A program made the position numbers and the translations under genes. Below, one piece after another: positions 55,634 to 64,000 of a DNA stretch of 64,000 nt. The stretch lies in contig CAYJQY010000001.1 in assembly GCA_964372905.1 (NCBI GenBank), forward strand, positions 72,848 to 136,847, read 5' to 3'. Within the stretch, counting starts at the first letter, position 1; each line of letters starts with the position of its first letter. Under the pieces are notes generated by a model. That model was not told the origin of the DNA. It ran no database searches and worked only from the letters and a program-made list of their open reading frames with translations. The stretch is from an uncultured Candidatus Saccharibacteria bacterium. Its GTDB lineage: Bacteria; Patescibacteriota; Doudnabacteria; UBA920.

Positions 55634-55827
55634 AATAATTCCTTTCGATAATAATTAATGATGCTAATACCTGCCGAGCCGTCTTGTTGCCGCTTCCGAC
55701 ACACTCGCTCGTCCAGCGACTCGCTCGCTCTGTCCTCGCCGGCCTTCGCCTCGCTTTCAGCTCGGCGAACCATGCAGGCCGACTGCGGATGGTCTTCAGC
55801 GGCAGCCAATTCGGCTCGATGTAATTT

Positions 55828-56352
55828 TTAAGATTTTTGCGCGACGGCATTGAGCACGTTCAGCAGGCGGCGCAGGTTTCCGGCCATCACATTCACGAAT
55901 CCCGACACCGGCGCATTAATGGTGCCCACAAACTGCCCGCGCAATTCTAATCGCGACGGCAAATCAGCCAAAACCATAACCTGGTCTTTACCGACCAACA
56001 CCCCATCAATCACGCCGGAAAGCATGTTGATGGTTTTGATGTCTTTGCCCACTTGTTTGATGAGCCGGGCCGGCGCGGTTTCCTCTTCCTCGGACACCGA
56101 AAGAATGACCGGCGTCTTGTAATCCAGACTGTCGCCCTGGAAATTGACGCCTGCGGCTTCCAGCGCTTTGCGCACCAAAGTCATCTTATAAACCTTGGAA
56201 AAGACTTTTTCTTTGGACAGGGCGCGGCGGAACTTATCGATGTCTTTAACGGTGGTGCCGCGATACTCGGAAAAGACTACGGCCTTGGCGGCCTTGAATT
56301 TTTCAACGAGCTCCTGTAGATCAGCTTCTTTTTGCGAACGTTTTTTTGGCAT
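55828..56352 (-). CDS. rplJ: 50S ribosomal protein L10
   Basis: MPKKRSQKEADLQELVEKFKAAKAVVFSEYRGTTVKDIDKFRRAL matches L10. ATG at 56350-56352. Confidence 0.88.
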   Translation of the reverse strand: MPKKRSQKEADLQELVEKFKAAKAVVFSEYRGTTVKDIDKFRRALSKEKVFSKVYKMTLVRKALEAAGVNFQGDSLDYKTPVILSVSEEEETAPARLIKQVGKDIKTINMLSGVIDGVLVGKDQVMVLADLPSRLELRGQFVGTINAPVSGFVNVMAGNLRRLLNVLNAVAQKS

Positions 56353-56480
56353 ATGTTTGTAGTTCTTAACAAACAGCGAGTCTCCCTCGACCTTTACGGT
56401 TAAATATCCAAACTGCCATTCGCTGTCTCGCCGGTTGCCCGCAGGTAGCAGAATTGCGCATATGTCCACAGGTAGCAATG
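56353..56480 (-). promoter_or_regulatory. candidate rplJ (L10) autoregulatory leader
   Basis: ~130-nt untranslated region upstream of rplJ, the usual position of the L10(L12)4-binding leader. Structure not verified. Confidence 0.3.
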
Positions 56481-56824
56481 CTCCTTGCGCGGCAAGCCGG
56501 CTCGACAGCTCCTGAAAATTTACTAATCAAGAAACAAAAATCTCGGTTGGAGCCGAGTTAAAAAATCAAATCAAGCTTTTAAGCCTGGACGCGGGTTTGC
56601 AAGATTGCAAAGATTTCGCGCTTGATGTTCCTCGGTAGGTACCCTTGCGGGAATTAAGGCCTCGCACTTTAAGCTTTGAGCTTGAGCTTTGCATCCAATT
56701 TGGATTTGGATTTGGGCTTGGACTTTACATCACTTGGATTTATGCCCGGGCGCGTGAGGCCGCCGACTGTCTTGGGATATTTAATTGCTGAAATTATAGC
56801 AGGTTTGATGATCACAGCGCAACA

Positions 56825-56853
56825 TTGACAAAATGTTAAAATTGTGATATAAT
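56825..56853 (+). promoter_or_regulatory. consensus sigma70 promoter (TTGACA, 17-nt spacer, TATAAT)
   Basis: ttgaca-aaatgttaaaattgtga-tataat, about 88 nt upstream of the 56941 ORF. Confidence 0.6.
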
Positions 56854-56940
56854 TGCAACGATGTCCGGACCCCCTCCGGACGCAGGATTTTCCCGGCCGC
56901 TGCGCTTCGCGCATGGCCGGAATAAAAAGGAGGGCTCAAT

Positions 56941-57369
56941 ATGAAGAAATTGAGCCTAAGGGGGTGGGCCGTCCTCGTAGCGGCGGCCTGTGGGATTTTT
57001 TTATTCGGATGCCTTCGGCTTGGGGGCATCCGCGGGGCCGGCGCCGGTTTGCTGGCGCTTTCCGGCTTTGGCTGGGGAGTGCTGGCAGGTTGGCGCATGG
57101 CGCGGCCCGCCGCGTGCCACTTGAAAGGGTGGGAACGCGGCGTGCGGCTGGGACTTACAACCCTGGCCGCAATTCTCTCCCTCGCCACCATTGGCGTGGG
57201 GATAAAGGCCGTTGCCCGTTTCGCCGCGGCCGCCCATTACTGGAGCGGCCTGGCCGGCGAAATTCTTCTCCCTTTGCTGGGAGTTTATTTGATGGCCCGG
57301 TTGTTTCTGGCCATCAGGAAACTTCCCGAAGGTTGGAAGACGCGCCGCTATATCGGAAAAGCGGCGTGA
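56941..57369 (+). CDS. hypothetical 4-TM membrane protein (GC-rich, Gly/Ala-rich)
   Basis: AGGAGG SD 7 nt upstream, with its own consensus promoter and a strong terminator. 142 aa. Confidence 0.6.
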   Translation: MKKLSLRGWAVLVAAACGIFLFGCLRLGGIRGAGAGLLALSGFGWGVLAGWRMARPAACHLKGWERGVRLGLTTLAAILSLATIGVGIKAVARFAAAAHYWSGLAGEILLPLLGVYLMARLFLAIRKLPEGWKTRRYIGKAA

Positions 57370-57383
57370 CCAAGCAAAACCTG

Positions 57384-57430
57384 AGCGCGACCGTGTACGC
57401 CCCACCGTACACCGCGCTCTATTTGTTTTA
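57384..57430 (+). terminator. intrinsic terminator (long two-tier GC hairpin followed by a T-run)
   Basis: gagcgcg-accgtgtacg-cccca-ccgtacac-cgcgctc followed by tatttgtttta. Confidence 0.7.
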
Positions 57431-57499
57431 TCTAAAATTTTATCGGAACAAATTTCACATATACTACATATACTAACAGGATGACAAAGGCGCGCTCCC

Positions 57500-58075
57500 C
57501 TACCCCCCCACAAACTTCGGCAAATACCCAAGCATCGCGGCAATTTCGCGCAGATAATAGCGCCAGAGTTCCTGGCGGCTGTAATAGCTGGGCGCAGGCG
57601 CATCCCAATAAACTTTTTTGAAACCAAGGCGGCGCGCCAACAGCACGCTACGCGCCAGATGAAATTCATCGCTGACAATAATGACGCTACGCGCATCTGG
57701 CAGCTTGGCCCGGGAATTTCTTAAATTTTCATAGGTCGAATGCGACTGGTCTTCGATAATCAGCGGAGGCAACGCATCGGAGTTTTTGCGAATGACTTTT
57801 TGCATATACCCGGCCTCGGAAATATCCTCATCCGAAATGCGCCCGCCGGATAGCACCATGGTATCGGCCTTGCCCTGCTCGTATAAATCCAGTGCAGTAA
57901 TCGTACGGTTATACAAAGCCGGCGTGTTAATAGCCGCGCCAAGAACAATTATCGCGTCCGTTTTAGATATGGCGGGGCGGGACTGGGCGATTAAAATAAC
58001 AACAAGGGCATCGATTGCTAGAAATGCCGCTATAAAATAAAAAAGATATTTTATTGCCTTCGAAAAGGATCGCAT
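57500..58075 (-). CDS. DUF218 (YdcF/ElyC/SanA-like) domain protein
   Basis: N-terminal TM helix, then DAIIVLGAAI...MVLSGG, typical of the DUF218 fold. Confidence 0.65.
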   Translation of the reverse strand: MRSFSKAIKYLFYFIAAFLAIDALVVILIAQSRPAISKTDAIIVLGAAINTPALYNRTITALDLYEQGKADTMVLSGGRISDEDISEAGYMQKVIRKNSDALPPLIIEDQSHSTYENLRNSRAKLPDARSVIIVSDEFHLARSVLLARRLGFKKVYWDAPAPSYYSRQELWRYYLREIAAMLGYLPKFVGG

Positions 58076-58093
58076 TTTTGCATTATACCAATT

Positions 58094-59254
58094 TTACCGC
58101 ACCACGCGCCGGATAAAAGGATTAATGCGCGTAACCGCTTCGTAATTGATGGTGCGGGTCTTTCGGGCAACCTCGTCGGCAGTTATTTCATCGCGCCCTT
58201 GGCGGCCAATAAGAATCACCTCATCCCGCCAAACTTTGGGCACGGAGCGAACCGAAGTTACATCAATAACAGATAAATTCATCGAGACGCGGCCGATAAT
58301 TCGGCACCGCTGGCCGTGAACCAGCGCCGAACCGATGGAAGAATACAAGCGGGGCAGGCCCTCATAATAACCCACGGGCAAGACGGCCAAAGTGCTGGCG
58401 CGGCGCAACTTTTCGGTGGCGCCGTAGCCCACGGCCGCGCCTTTGGGCAATTTTTTTATTTGGATGATGCGAGTTTTCCACGCCAGCACAGGTTTGATGC
58501 CGAGCTGGCGCAGACGTTTGGCGAACCGCGGCGCGGGCGGCAAGCCGTACAGCCCGATGCCAGCCCGATGCAAATTTAAATCCGGAATATTTGTTCCCTG
58601 CAATAAGGCGGCGGAGTTGTTGGCGTGAATATATTTTGGCCGATACCCTGCTTGGCGCACCTGCCGCACGGCCAAGGAAAAAACTTTTTGTTGTCTGATG
58701 AATTGCGCGCTCCGGCTTTCATCGGCCGTGGCAAAATGGGTCATCAATCCTTCTAAAAAAATGCCGCCCCCAAACTCCTTCAGGTCTGCAAACTTCTTTA
58801 GGATGGATAGCGTCTGCCCGAGCTCATGAACCGTAACGCCCTGGCGCGACATACCGGTATCTATTTTGAGATGGATCTTGAACTGGCGTTTTAGGCGATG
58901 GCGGCGGGAATGTAAACGCATGGCGCGCAAAAGCGCCGGATCGGAAACCGCTTGGCTGACATCGTAGCGCAACAACAGCGGCAGACGGTGCGGGGGCGTG
59001 TAGGTGACAATTAAAATGGGCTTGACGATTCCCGCGCGCCGCAGAGCCACGGCTTCATCTATGGTATCAACACCGAACCAGTCGGCAGAATGGCGGAGTA
59101 TTTGAGTAGCTTCGAGCAAACCATGGCCATAGGCATTGCATTTCACCATGGCCAGAAATTGACCGGGTTTACCTAGGCCTTTAAGGACCGCGGCATTCTG
59201 CTTGAGCGCCGCGGCGTCAATTTCCACCCAGATTTTGTCTGACAACTTCTCCAT
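58094..59254 (-). CDS. alr: alanine racemase
   Basis: PLP-Lys motif AMVKCNAYGHG and the C-terminal beta domain. Start at ATG 59252-59254 (MEKLSDKIWVEID). Confidence 0.88.
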   Translation of the reverse strand: MEKLSDKIWVEIDAAALKQNAAVLKGLGKPGQFLAMVKCNAYGHGLLEATQILRHSADWFGVDTIDEAVALRRAGIVKPILIVTYTPPHRLPLLLRYDVSQAVSDPALLRAMRLHSRRHRLKRQFKIHLKIDTGMSRQGVTVHELGQTLSILKKFADLKEFGGGIFLEGLMTHFATADESRSAQFIRQQKVFSLAVRQVRQAGYRPKYIHANNSAALLQGTNIPDLNLHRAGIGLYGLPPAPRFAKRLRQLGIKPVLAWKTRIIQIKKLPKGAAVGYGATEKLRRASTLAVLPVGYYEGLPRLYSSIGSALVHGQRCRIIGRVSMNLSVIDVTSVRSVPKVWRDEVILIGRQGRDEITADEVARKTRTINYEAVTRINPFIRRVVR

Positions 59255-59873
59255 AACACGCGTAGGGTTTATTGTTCGCCACTGCCCAATTCGGGGTGCC
59301 GTATTCAAAATGCCACCATTCGTTATCATTAACCACAAAGTCCTGCACGAACAATGCTTCCCGGAGCATTTTGCGATTCTGGGCTATTGTCTCATCAGGG
59401 CTGATGCGCTCAAAATAATAGGGCGCTGATTCCGGTCCAAAGTGGTCAAAAGCCGTGCCCATAGCCAATTCTTTTCCATCGGGACCAACTAAAGTCAGAT
59501 CCACGGTGCCGCCAGTGCAGTGGGGCGGGACTACGCCGGGATCATCCCATGGTGCGACATACTTCAATACTTCAACTGTCCACAGGTCGTGGTTCCACTT
59601 AGGATGTTCCCGTTTCATATCTTCGTAAACCCGCTCATAAAGTCCTTGCTGCGCGCTATGGGGGCGGTAACCGTCCCAAACTTTAAATTTAAACCCATCT
59701 AACTTTTTTTGTGCGTCCGCCAGCCGGTTAGCGGCTCCTTTACGCAGCAGCATTTTTGGCGTTTCGCTGAATCCCAATTTAAAATACATTGATTCTAGCA
59801 CAAAATCGAACCCGGCCAAGTCCACAAGTGGTTCGTCATTATCTTGGATAGGCATATTTTTTACGGCAGGCAT
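59217..59873 (-). CDS. D-alanyl-D-alanine dipeptidase (VanX/DdpX-like, M15D)
   Basis: VWDGYRPHSAQ, the SxHxxGxAxD-like region (HCTGGTVDL) and EWWHFEY zinc and catalytic motifs. 218 aa. Confidence 0.8.
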   Translation of the reverse strand: MPAVKNMPIQDNDEPLVDLAGFDFVLESMYFKLGFSETPKMLLRKGAANRLADAQKKLDGFKFKVWDGYRPHSAQQGLYERVYEDMKREHPKWNHDLWTVEVLKYVAPWDDPGVVPPHCTGGTVDLTLVGPDGKELAMGTAFDHFGPESAPYYFERISPDETIAQNRKMLREALFVQDFVVNDNEWWHFEYGTPNWAVANNKPYACYGEVVRQNLGGN

Positions 59874-59875
59874 AA

Positions 59876-60991
59876 TTACAAATCAAAATTAGTTTTTAAT
59901 TTTTTTTCGCGGGTATGGCGCTCGAGCGCCTGCTCAATGAGCCGACTGATAAGCTCGGTCTGCGACAGCCCGCTGGCCGCCCAAAGTTTCGGATACATGC
60001 TGATTTTAGTAAAACCCGGTATAGTATTTACTTCATTAATGATGACTTCTTTTTTACCGCGGAGAAAAAAGTCGACTCGCGCCATGCCTTCGAGATTCAG
60101 GGCCTTAAACGCAGCCACAGCCAGCTCCTGGACGCGGCGCGCTATGGGCGCGGGCAAGTCAGCTGGAATTTTAAGGTCAGCCCCGTTTTCGTCAATGTAT
60201 TTTGCCTCATATGAATAAAATTCGTGGCGCGGGATAACTTCACCGGGAAGAGAGGCCCGTGGCTGCTCGTTGCCCAAGACTGAACATTCAAGCTCGCGGC
60301 CTTTTATATATTGCTCAAAAAGGATTTTGGAATCATACAGGAAAGCGTCGCGGACCGCAGGACCGAATTCTTTTTTTGAATGAACTTTGTGGATGCCGAC
60401 AGAAGAGCCCAGGTTGGCCGGCTTAACAAAAAACGGCAGACCCAGAAAATTTTTAACGCGCTTGAAGCTTAACTTTCGAGCTTGGTTGCGGGACACAGTT
60501 ATGAACTTAGCAATCGGCAGGCCGGCATCGCGAAAAAGCCGCTTCATCACGTCTTTATCCATGCCCACAGCCGAGCCAAGCACACCCGAGCCAACAAACG
60601 GCACATCCATTAATTTCAGCATGCCTTGCACTGTGCCGTCTTCCCCATAGGTTCCGTGCAGGACCGGAAAAACCACATCTACCGGACGTGTGTCGCGCGC
60701 GCGGTCCAAACTTACCAAAGCGCCGCGTTCATTGCGGCCGGTTACCAAGGTCACGCTCTGGCCGCCTTTATTTAGTTTAATCAACTTGGGGTTGTCGGCA
60801 TTGAGCAAAAATTTTGAGGAGTCATTCAAGAACCAGTGACCCTGCTTATCAATACCGATAAGCACGGGCTCATATTTTTTCTTGTTTAGCGCGGCAATGA
60901 CGTTTTTTGCGGATTGTAGCGATATCTCATGCTCGGCCGAACGACCGCCGAACATTATGCCGACGCGGAGTTTTCTTTTAAATTTCTTCAT
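59876..60991 (-). CDS. ddl: D-alanine--D-alanine ligase family protein
   Basis: ATP-grasp fold. N-terminal VGIMFGGRSAEHEISLQSA plus C-terminal EVNTIPG. 371 aa. Confidence 0.88.
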   Translation of the reverse strand: MKKFKRKLRVGIMFGGRSAEHEISLQSAKNVIAALNKKKYEPVLIGIDKQGHWFLNDSSKFLLNADNPKLIKLNKGGQSVTLVTGRNERGALVSLDRARDTRPVDVVFPVLHGTYGEDGTVQGMLKLMDVPFVGSGVLGSAVGMDKDVMKRLFRDAGLPIAKFITVSRNQARKLSFKRVKNFLGLPFFVKPANLGSSVGIHKVHSKKEFGPAVRDAFLYDSKILFEQYIKGRELECSVLGNEQPRASLPGEVIPRHEFYSYEAKYIDENGADLKIPADLPAPIARRVQELAVAAFKALNLEGMARVDFFLRGKKEVIINEVNTIPGFTKISMYPKLWAASGLSQTELISRLIEQALERHTREKKLKTNFDL

Positions 60992-62607
60992 AATTTCATT
61001 ATATCAGATAGCAGGCTCTGCCCCGTCATAAAGCGCGGCTTAGGCAAGCCAAATAGCTTTAATATCGTGGGAGCGACGTCAGCTAAAGTGCCGGCGCGCA
61101 ATTTTTGGCTCGGCCCTTTGCTCGTCTCCGAATTATCCCCTGAACGATTACGTGAATCATTTATGATAATAGCCGGCACGGGGTTGATGGTGTGCGCGGT
61201 GTGCTTGGCCCCCGAATCGGCGTGGATGTTATGTTCGGCATTGCCGTGGTCAGCAGTAATGAAAACCGTGGCGCTGTTTTTTTGGGCCGCCGTAGCCAGA
61301 CGCTTAAGCTGTCTATCTACAAACTCAATGGCTTTAACCGTGGCTTCAAAATTGCCGGTGTGGCCAACCAAATCGGGATTGGCGTAATTTACAACGATAA
61401 AATTCACCCCGCGCTTAATCCGTTCGATGGACGCGTCGGTTATTTCTTTGGCGCGCATCTCCGGCGCCTCGTCGTGCGTACGGATATCCTTGCGGCTGTC
61501 TATCAGCACATATTCTTCGCCAGGAAAAACCTCCTCGATCGCGCCATTTAAGAAAAACGTGACGTGGGCGTACTTCTCGGTTTCGGCGATGTGGGCCTGG
61601 GCCAGCCCGGCCTCCGAAATCTCTTTGGCCAGCGTGGTTTCAATGACGGCCTGTGGAAAAGCCACTAGACTTTTGAAGGAGCGCTTAGCCTGATCATACT
61701 CAGTCATGGTAACAAAGCAGAGATTATCGCGCTCCACGCGCTCGGAAATTTTTTGCGCGATCATGCGCACGCGGTCAGCCCGAAAGTTAAACAAAAACAC
61801 GCCGTCATTTTTTTGGATCGAGTAGCCCTGCCCATTATCATCTAAAAATACTACGGGCTCCAAATGTTCATCCACTATTCCCTGCCCGTGAAGCTCGCGG
61901 ATGAGATCAGAGGGCTTGCGGGCGCGGCAGACCGTGCCCTGGCAGTCAAAAATCGCGGCTTCGGCGCGGGCCAGGCGGTCCCAATTGCGGTCGCGATCCA
62001 TGGCGTAAAAGCGGCCGGAAGCGGTGGCAATGAACCCCACGCCCAAATCTTCAATGACTTGTTCCAGTGCGCGCAAGTACTGGTGCGCGCTTTGGGGCGA
62101 TGTGTCGCGGCCGTCGGTGAAAGCGTGGATGGCGACTTTTTTTATGCCCGCGGCTTTGGCCACGCGCAAAAATTCGTGGAGATGTTCCTGATGGCTGTGA
62201 ACGCCGCCCGGACTTAACAGGCCAAGAACGTGCAAGGTTGAGCCGTGGGTTTTGACGTGAGCGAACAATTTAAGAAAAGCGGGGTTGGCGGCAAACTGCC
62301 CGCTGCGGGCAGCTTTGGCCACGCGCACAAAATCATTATCAATGATAGTGCCGGCGCCGATGGTTAAGTGCCCCACTTCGGAACCGCCTATCTGACCTTT
62401 AGGCAGCCCCACCGCTTCGCCGCTGGCCTCAAGCAGGGAGTGCGGGCAGGTTTCCCACAGCGAATCAAAAAACAGCTTGCGTGCCTGCGCAATAGCGTTG
62501 TGTTCCCGTTCCTCGCGCACGCCCCAGCCATCTAAAATGATCAGGATTACTTGTTTAGATTTTCTGCCGAATCCCATTTTATCAGCGTCTATTTTGTGAG
62601 TTTTCAT
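60988..62607 (-). CDS. gpmI: 2,3-bisphosphoglycerate-independent phosphoglycerate mutase
   Basis: ILDGWG Mn-site N-terminus, the catalytic Ser region and the phosphatase-domain ADHGNAE. 539 aa. Confidence 0.9.
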   Translation of the reverse strand: MKTHKIDADKMGFGRKSKQVILIILDGWGVREEREHNAIAQARKLFFDSLWETCPHSLLEASGEAVGLPKGQIGGSEVGHLTIGAGTIIDNDFVRVAKAARSGQFAANPAFLKLFAHVKTHGSTLHVLGLLSPGGVHSHQEHLHEFLRVAKAAGIKKVAIHAFTDGRDTSPQSAHQYLRALEQVIEDLGVGFIATASGRFYAMDRDRNWDRLARAEAAIFDCQGTVCRARKPSDLIRELHGQGIVDEHLEPVVFLDDNGQGYSIQKNDGVFLFNFRADRVRMIAQKISERVERDNLCFVTMTEYDQAKRSFKSLVAFPQAVIETTLAKEISEAGLAQAHIAETEKYAHVTFFLNGAIEEVFPGEEYVLIDSRKDIRTHDEAPEMRAKEITDASIERIKRGVNFIVVNYANPDLVGHTGNFEATVKAIEFVDRQLKRLATAAQKNSATVFITADHGNAEHNIHADSGAKHTAHTINPVPAIIINDSRNRSGDNSETSKGPSQKLRAGTLADVAPTILKLFGLPKPRFMTGQSLLSDIMKL

Positions 62608-62661
62608 CTACTTTATCCTAAACTAAAAGCCGGCAATTGACAAAGCAATTGACAAAACCAG

Positions 62662-62690
62662 CCGCCCTGCACGGGCGGTGTTTCGTTTTT
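62662..62690. terminator. bidirectional intrinsic terminator upstream of gpmI
   Basis: ccgccc-tgca-cgggcgg hairpin with T-runs on both strands. Confidence 0.5.
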
Positions 62691-62891
62691 GTAAAGATAA
62701 CCCTTATCACAAGATGCTGGTGGCAAACCAACCAGCGCTTGTGAAAAGGGACCCCAGGACCTGGGGTCAAATTCCCCGCCATGCGCAGTGGGGGGAACCA
62801 CTCGAGGAGTGCTGAGAGGAGTGCTGATATGACGAAACCCCGACCAAGAGACAGGCCGCAGCTTCCTCCGCGGCCTGTCTCAATCTTTTAT
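62691..62891. ncRNA. structured intergenic region / candidate small RNA (strand unresolved)
   Basis: Three or more strong hairpins, a tandem 12-nt repeat gaggagtgctga x2 (62804-62827), and a terminal 12-bp GC hairpin (62848-62881) followed by a T-run on the + strand. No ORF of 40 aa or longer. Confidence 0.3.
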
Positions 62892-63037
62892 TAACGTTCT
62901 GTGATTGGCTAATTTTTATGACCTATAAGCTTTATTTCTTCATCATCGCCCCAAGATCCATAAACTGGATGCCCGCCGGCATGGCGAACATGCCGCTGTC
63001 CGCCGCTCACGTAAAATGTACCGCCTTTATGGCGCTG

Positions 63038-63808
63038 TTACGGCGCGGGAATAGCGAAAGCGGCTTTCAAGGTTTTTCTTGCTTGCTCCATGGTCGCGCG
63101 AAAATCGGCAAAGGCCTTGTCTATGGCCTGCTTGCGCGCCGTGCGCAACTGCTGAACGCTGGCCGGAATTTTTTCCGCTTGCCGGCGGTCGGTACGGAAT
63201 TTCTGCTGGGCAGCGCGCATGGCGCTAAAAAATGTCTGACGGGCGGTCAGCGGGGCCACGCCGGACGCGCAATCGCTTTTAGCTTTGTCTAAGGCCGCGT
63301 TGACGGCATCATGATAAACTTTAATAGCAGCATTAATGGCGGCTTCGCGTTCGGCTATGGCCGTATCCAAGCCACTGCGGAATGTCGCGATAGCGCCGTC
63401 AACAGCAGCGCGGCGCGTGGCCAAAGCCGCGTTCAGAGTGTTTTGAAAATCGGTTACCGCTTGCTTCTGGGCATCCGTGGCGGCTTTAGCCATTAGCGCG
63501 GCAATTTGCGCAGCGCGGGTTTGATTGGCCTGCTGGTGGGTTTGGACCAAGCGACTGTTCTGCTCTTGTTGCCTGGCGTCAATCTTCCGATCGCGCCGGC
63601 CCCGGGCCTCATTTAATTTGGATTCATTATTGGAAAATCGCTGGCCCAGAGTGGTATTGGCGCTGGTAATCCGTGCGCAAAAATTAGCGCCATCGGTCGC
63701 GCTACCCGGCCGGGTCTGCGCTGCGGTACTAACGGCGGATAACGCATATATCGCCAGAACAGTCCCAGACACCAGCGCGCTTTGCATCAACTTAAAATTC
63801 GTTTTCAT
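63038..63808 (-). CDS. hypothetical secreted Ala/Gln-rich alpha-helical protein
   Basis: AAGGAG SD. Signal peptide MKTNFKLMQSALVSGTVLAIYALSAVSTAAQ. Periodic A/Q/R/K-rich helical repeats. Confidence 0.6.
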   Translation of the reverse strand: MKTNFKLMQSALVSGTVLAIYALSAVSTAAQTRPGSATDGANFCARITSANTTLGQRFSNNESKLNEARGRRDRKIDARQQEQNSRLVQTHQQANQTRAAQIAALMAKAATDAQKQAVTDFQNTLNAALATRRAAVDGAIATFRSGLDTAIAEREAAINAAIKVYHDAVNAALDKAKSDCASGVAPLTARQTFFSAMRAAQQKFRTDRRQAEKIPASVQQLRTARKQAIDKAFADFRATMEQARKTLKAAFAIPAP

Positions 63809-64000
63809 TGTAAACTCCTTCAAAAGCGTTAATATTCTCATCGCTTGAGGTTATGATGTCAACCTCGTCATTCTGGCTGGCAGCGGCTTGTTCCTGACCG
63901 GCGTTTTGCAGTATGGCATTGACTGCATCGTCGGGATTGCCAGTGGCTTTTGCGGCAGCGTTTTTGGACTGAATTTCTCGAGTTGATTCAACGGCCCTCT
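63792..64000 (-). CDS. 3' end of a CDS whose 5' part lies beyond the window
   Basis: Open minus-strand frame from the window edge (..TAAKATGNPDDAVNAILQNAGQEQAAAS..ENINAFEGVYNENEF*), overlapping the start of the 63038-63808 gene. Confidence 0.3.
   Translation of the reverse strand, partial: RAVESTREIQSKNAAAKATGNPDDAVNAILQNAGQEQAAASQNDEVDIITSSDENINAFEGVYNENEF

Noticed and set aside
56669-56914. 81-aa minus-strand ORF ending in SKPKSKSKLDAKLKLKA
   Set aside because: It is the translation of the tandem microsatellite repeats in an intergenic region. There is no start context or SD.
62918-63292. 124-aa + strand ORF
   Set aside because: Antisense to the better-supported secreted Ala-rich protein gene (63038-63808), which has a signal peptide and an AAGGAG SD.

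Overview
Compact, gene-dense bacterial window at roughly 50% GC, read in the standard code (TGA and TAA are both used as stops; RF1 and PrmC are present). Many genes start with weak or absent Shine-Dalgarno sequences and at least one transcript is leaderless. The content is mostly housekeeping: tRNA-Tyr, tRNA-Thr and tRNA-Glu; ribosomal proteins S2, L31, L25, L10 and L7/L12; EF-Ts, RF1/PrmC, DnaE, DnaB, RecR, ScpA/ScpB, ThrRS, AspRS, CysRS, GlmS, Map, two tandem adenylate kinases, FtsW/RodA, Lgt, and a Ddl/VanX-like/Alr cluster followed by iPGM. The compact genome, a ThrRS without N-terminal domains, a sortase-type giant surface protein and many small orphan membrane proteins are compatible with a small-genome Gram-positive-type organism, possibly Patescibacteria/CPR, though this cannot be verified from sequence alone. 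Accessory content sits at 36.7-50.4 kb. It comprises a copper/redox homeostasis island (a CsoR-like repressor, two YHS proteins, a CopA with an unusual CPD motif, a split ferric/cupric-reductase-like pair, a Sco-like protein, CcdA, and a duplicated copA 3' remnant), a VIT1 transporter, a GalE carrying a fused Phd/YefM-like N-terminal domain, and a 1081-aa repeat-rich surface protein with a sortase-like C-terminal sorting signal. A 1.3-kb GC-rich, hairpin-dense, apparently non-coding stretch between dnaE and thrS (11.84-13.11 kb) has a near-consensus promoter and an atypical small secreted-protein ORF. It is the least explained part of the window. The second-tier accessory candidates are the lexA operon with two small downstream proteins and a divergent HTH regulator/large membrane beta-propeller pair. 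Candidate structured RNA leaders lie upstream of the K+ antiporter and cysS, and a structured intergenic region (62.6-63.0 kb) precedes gpmI.
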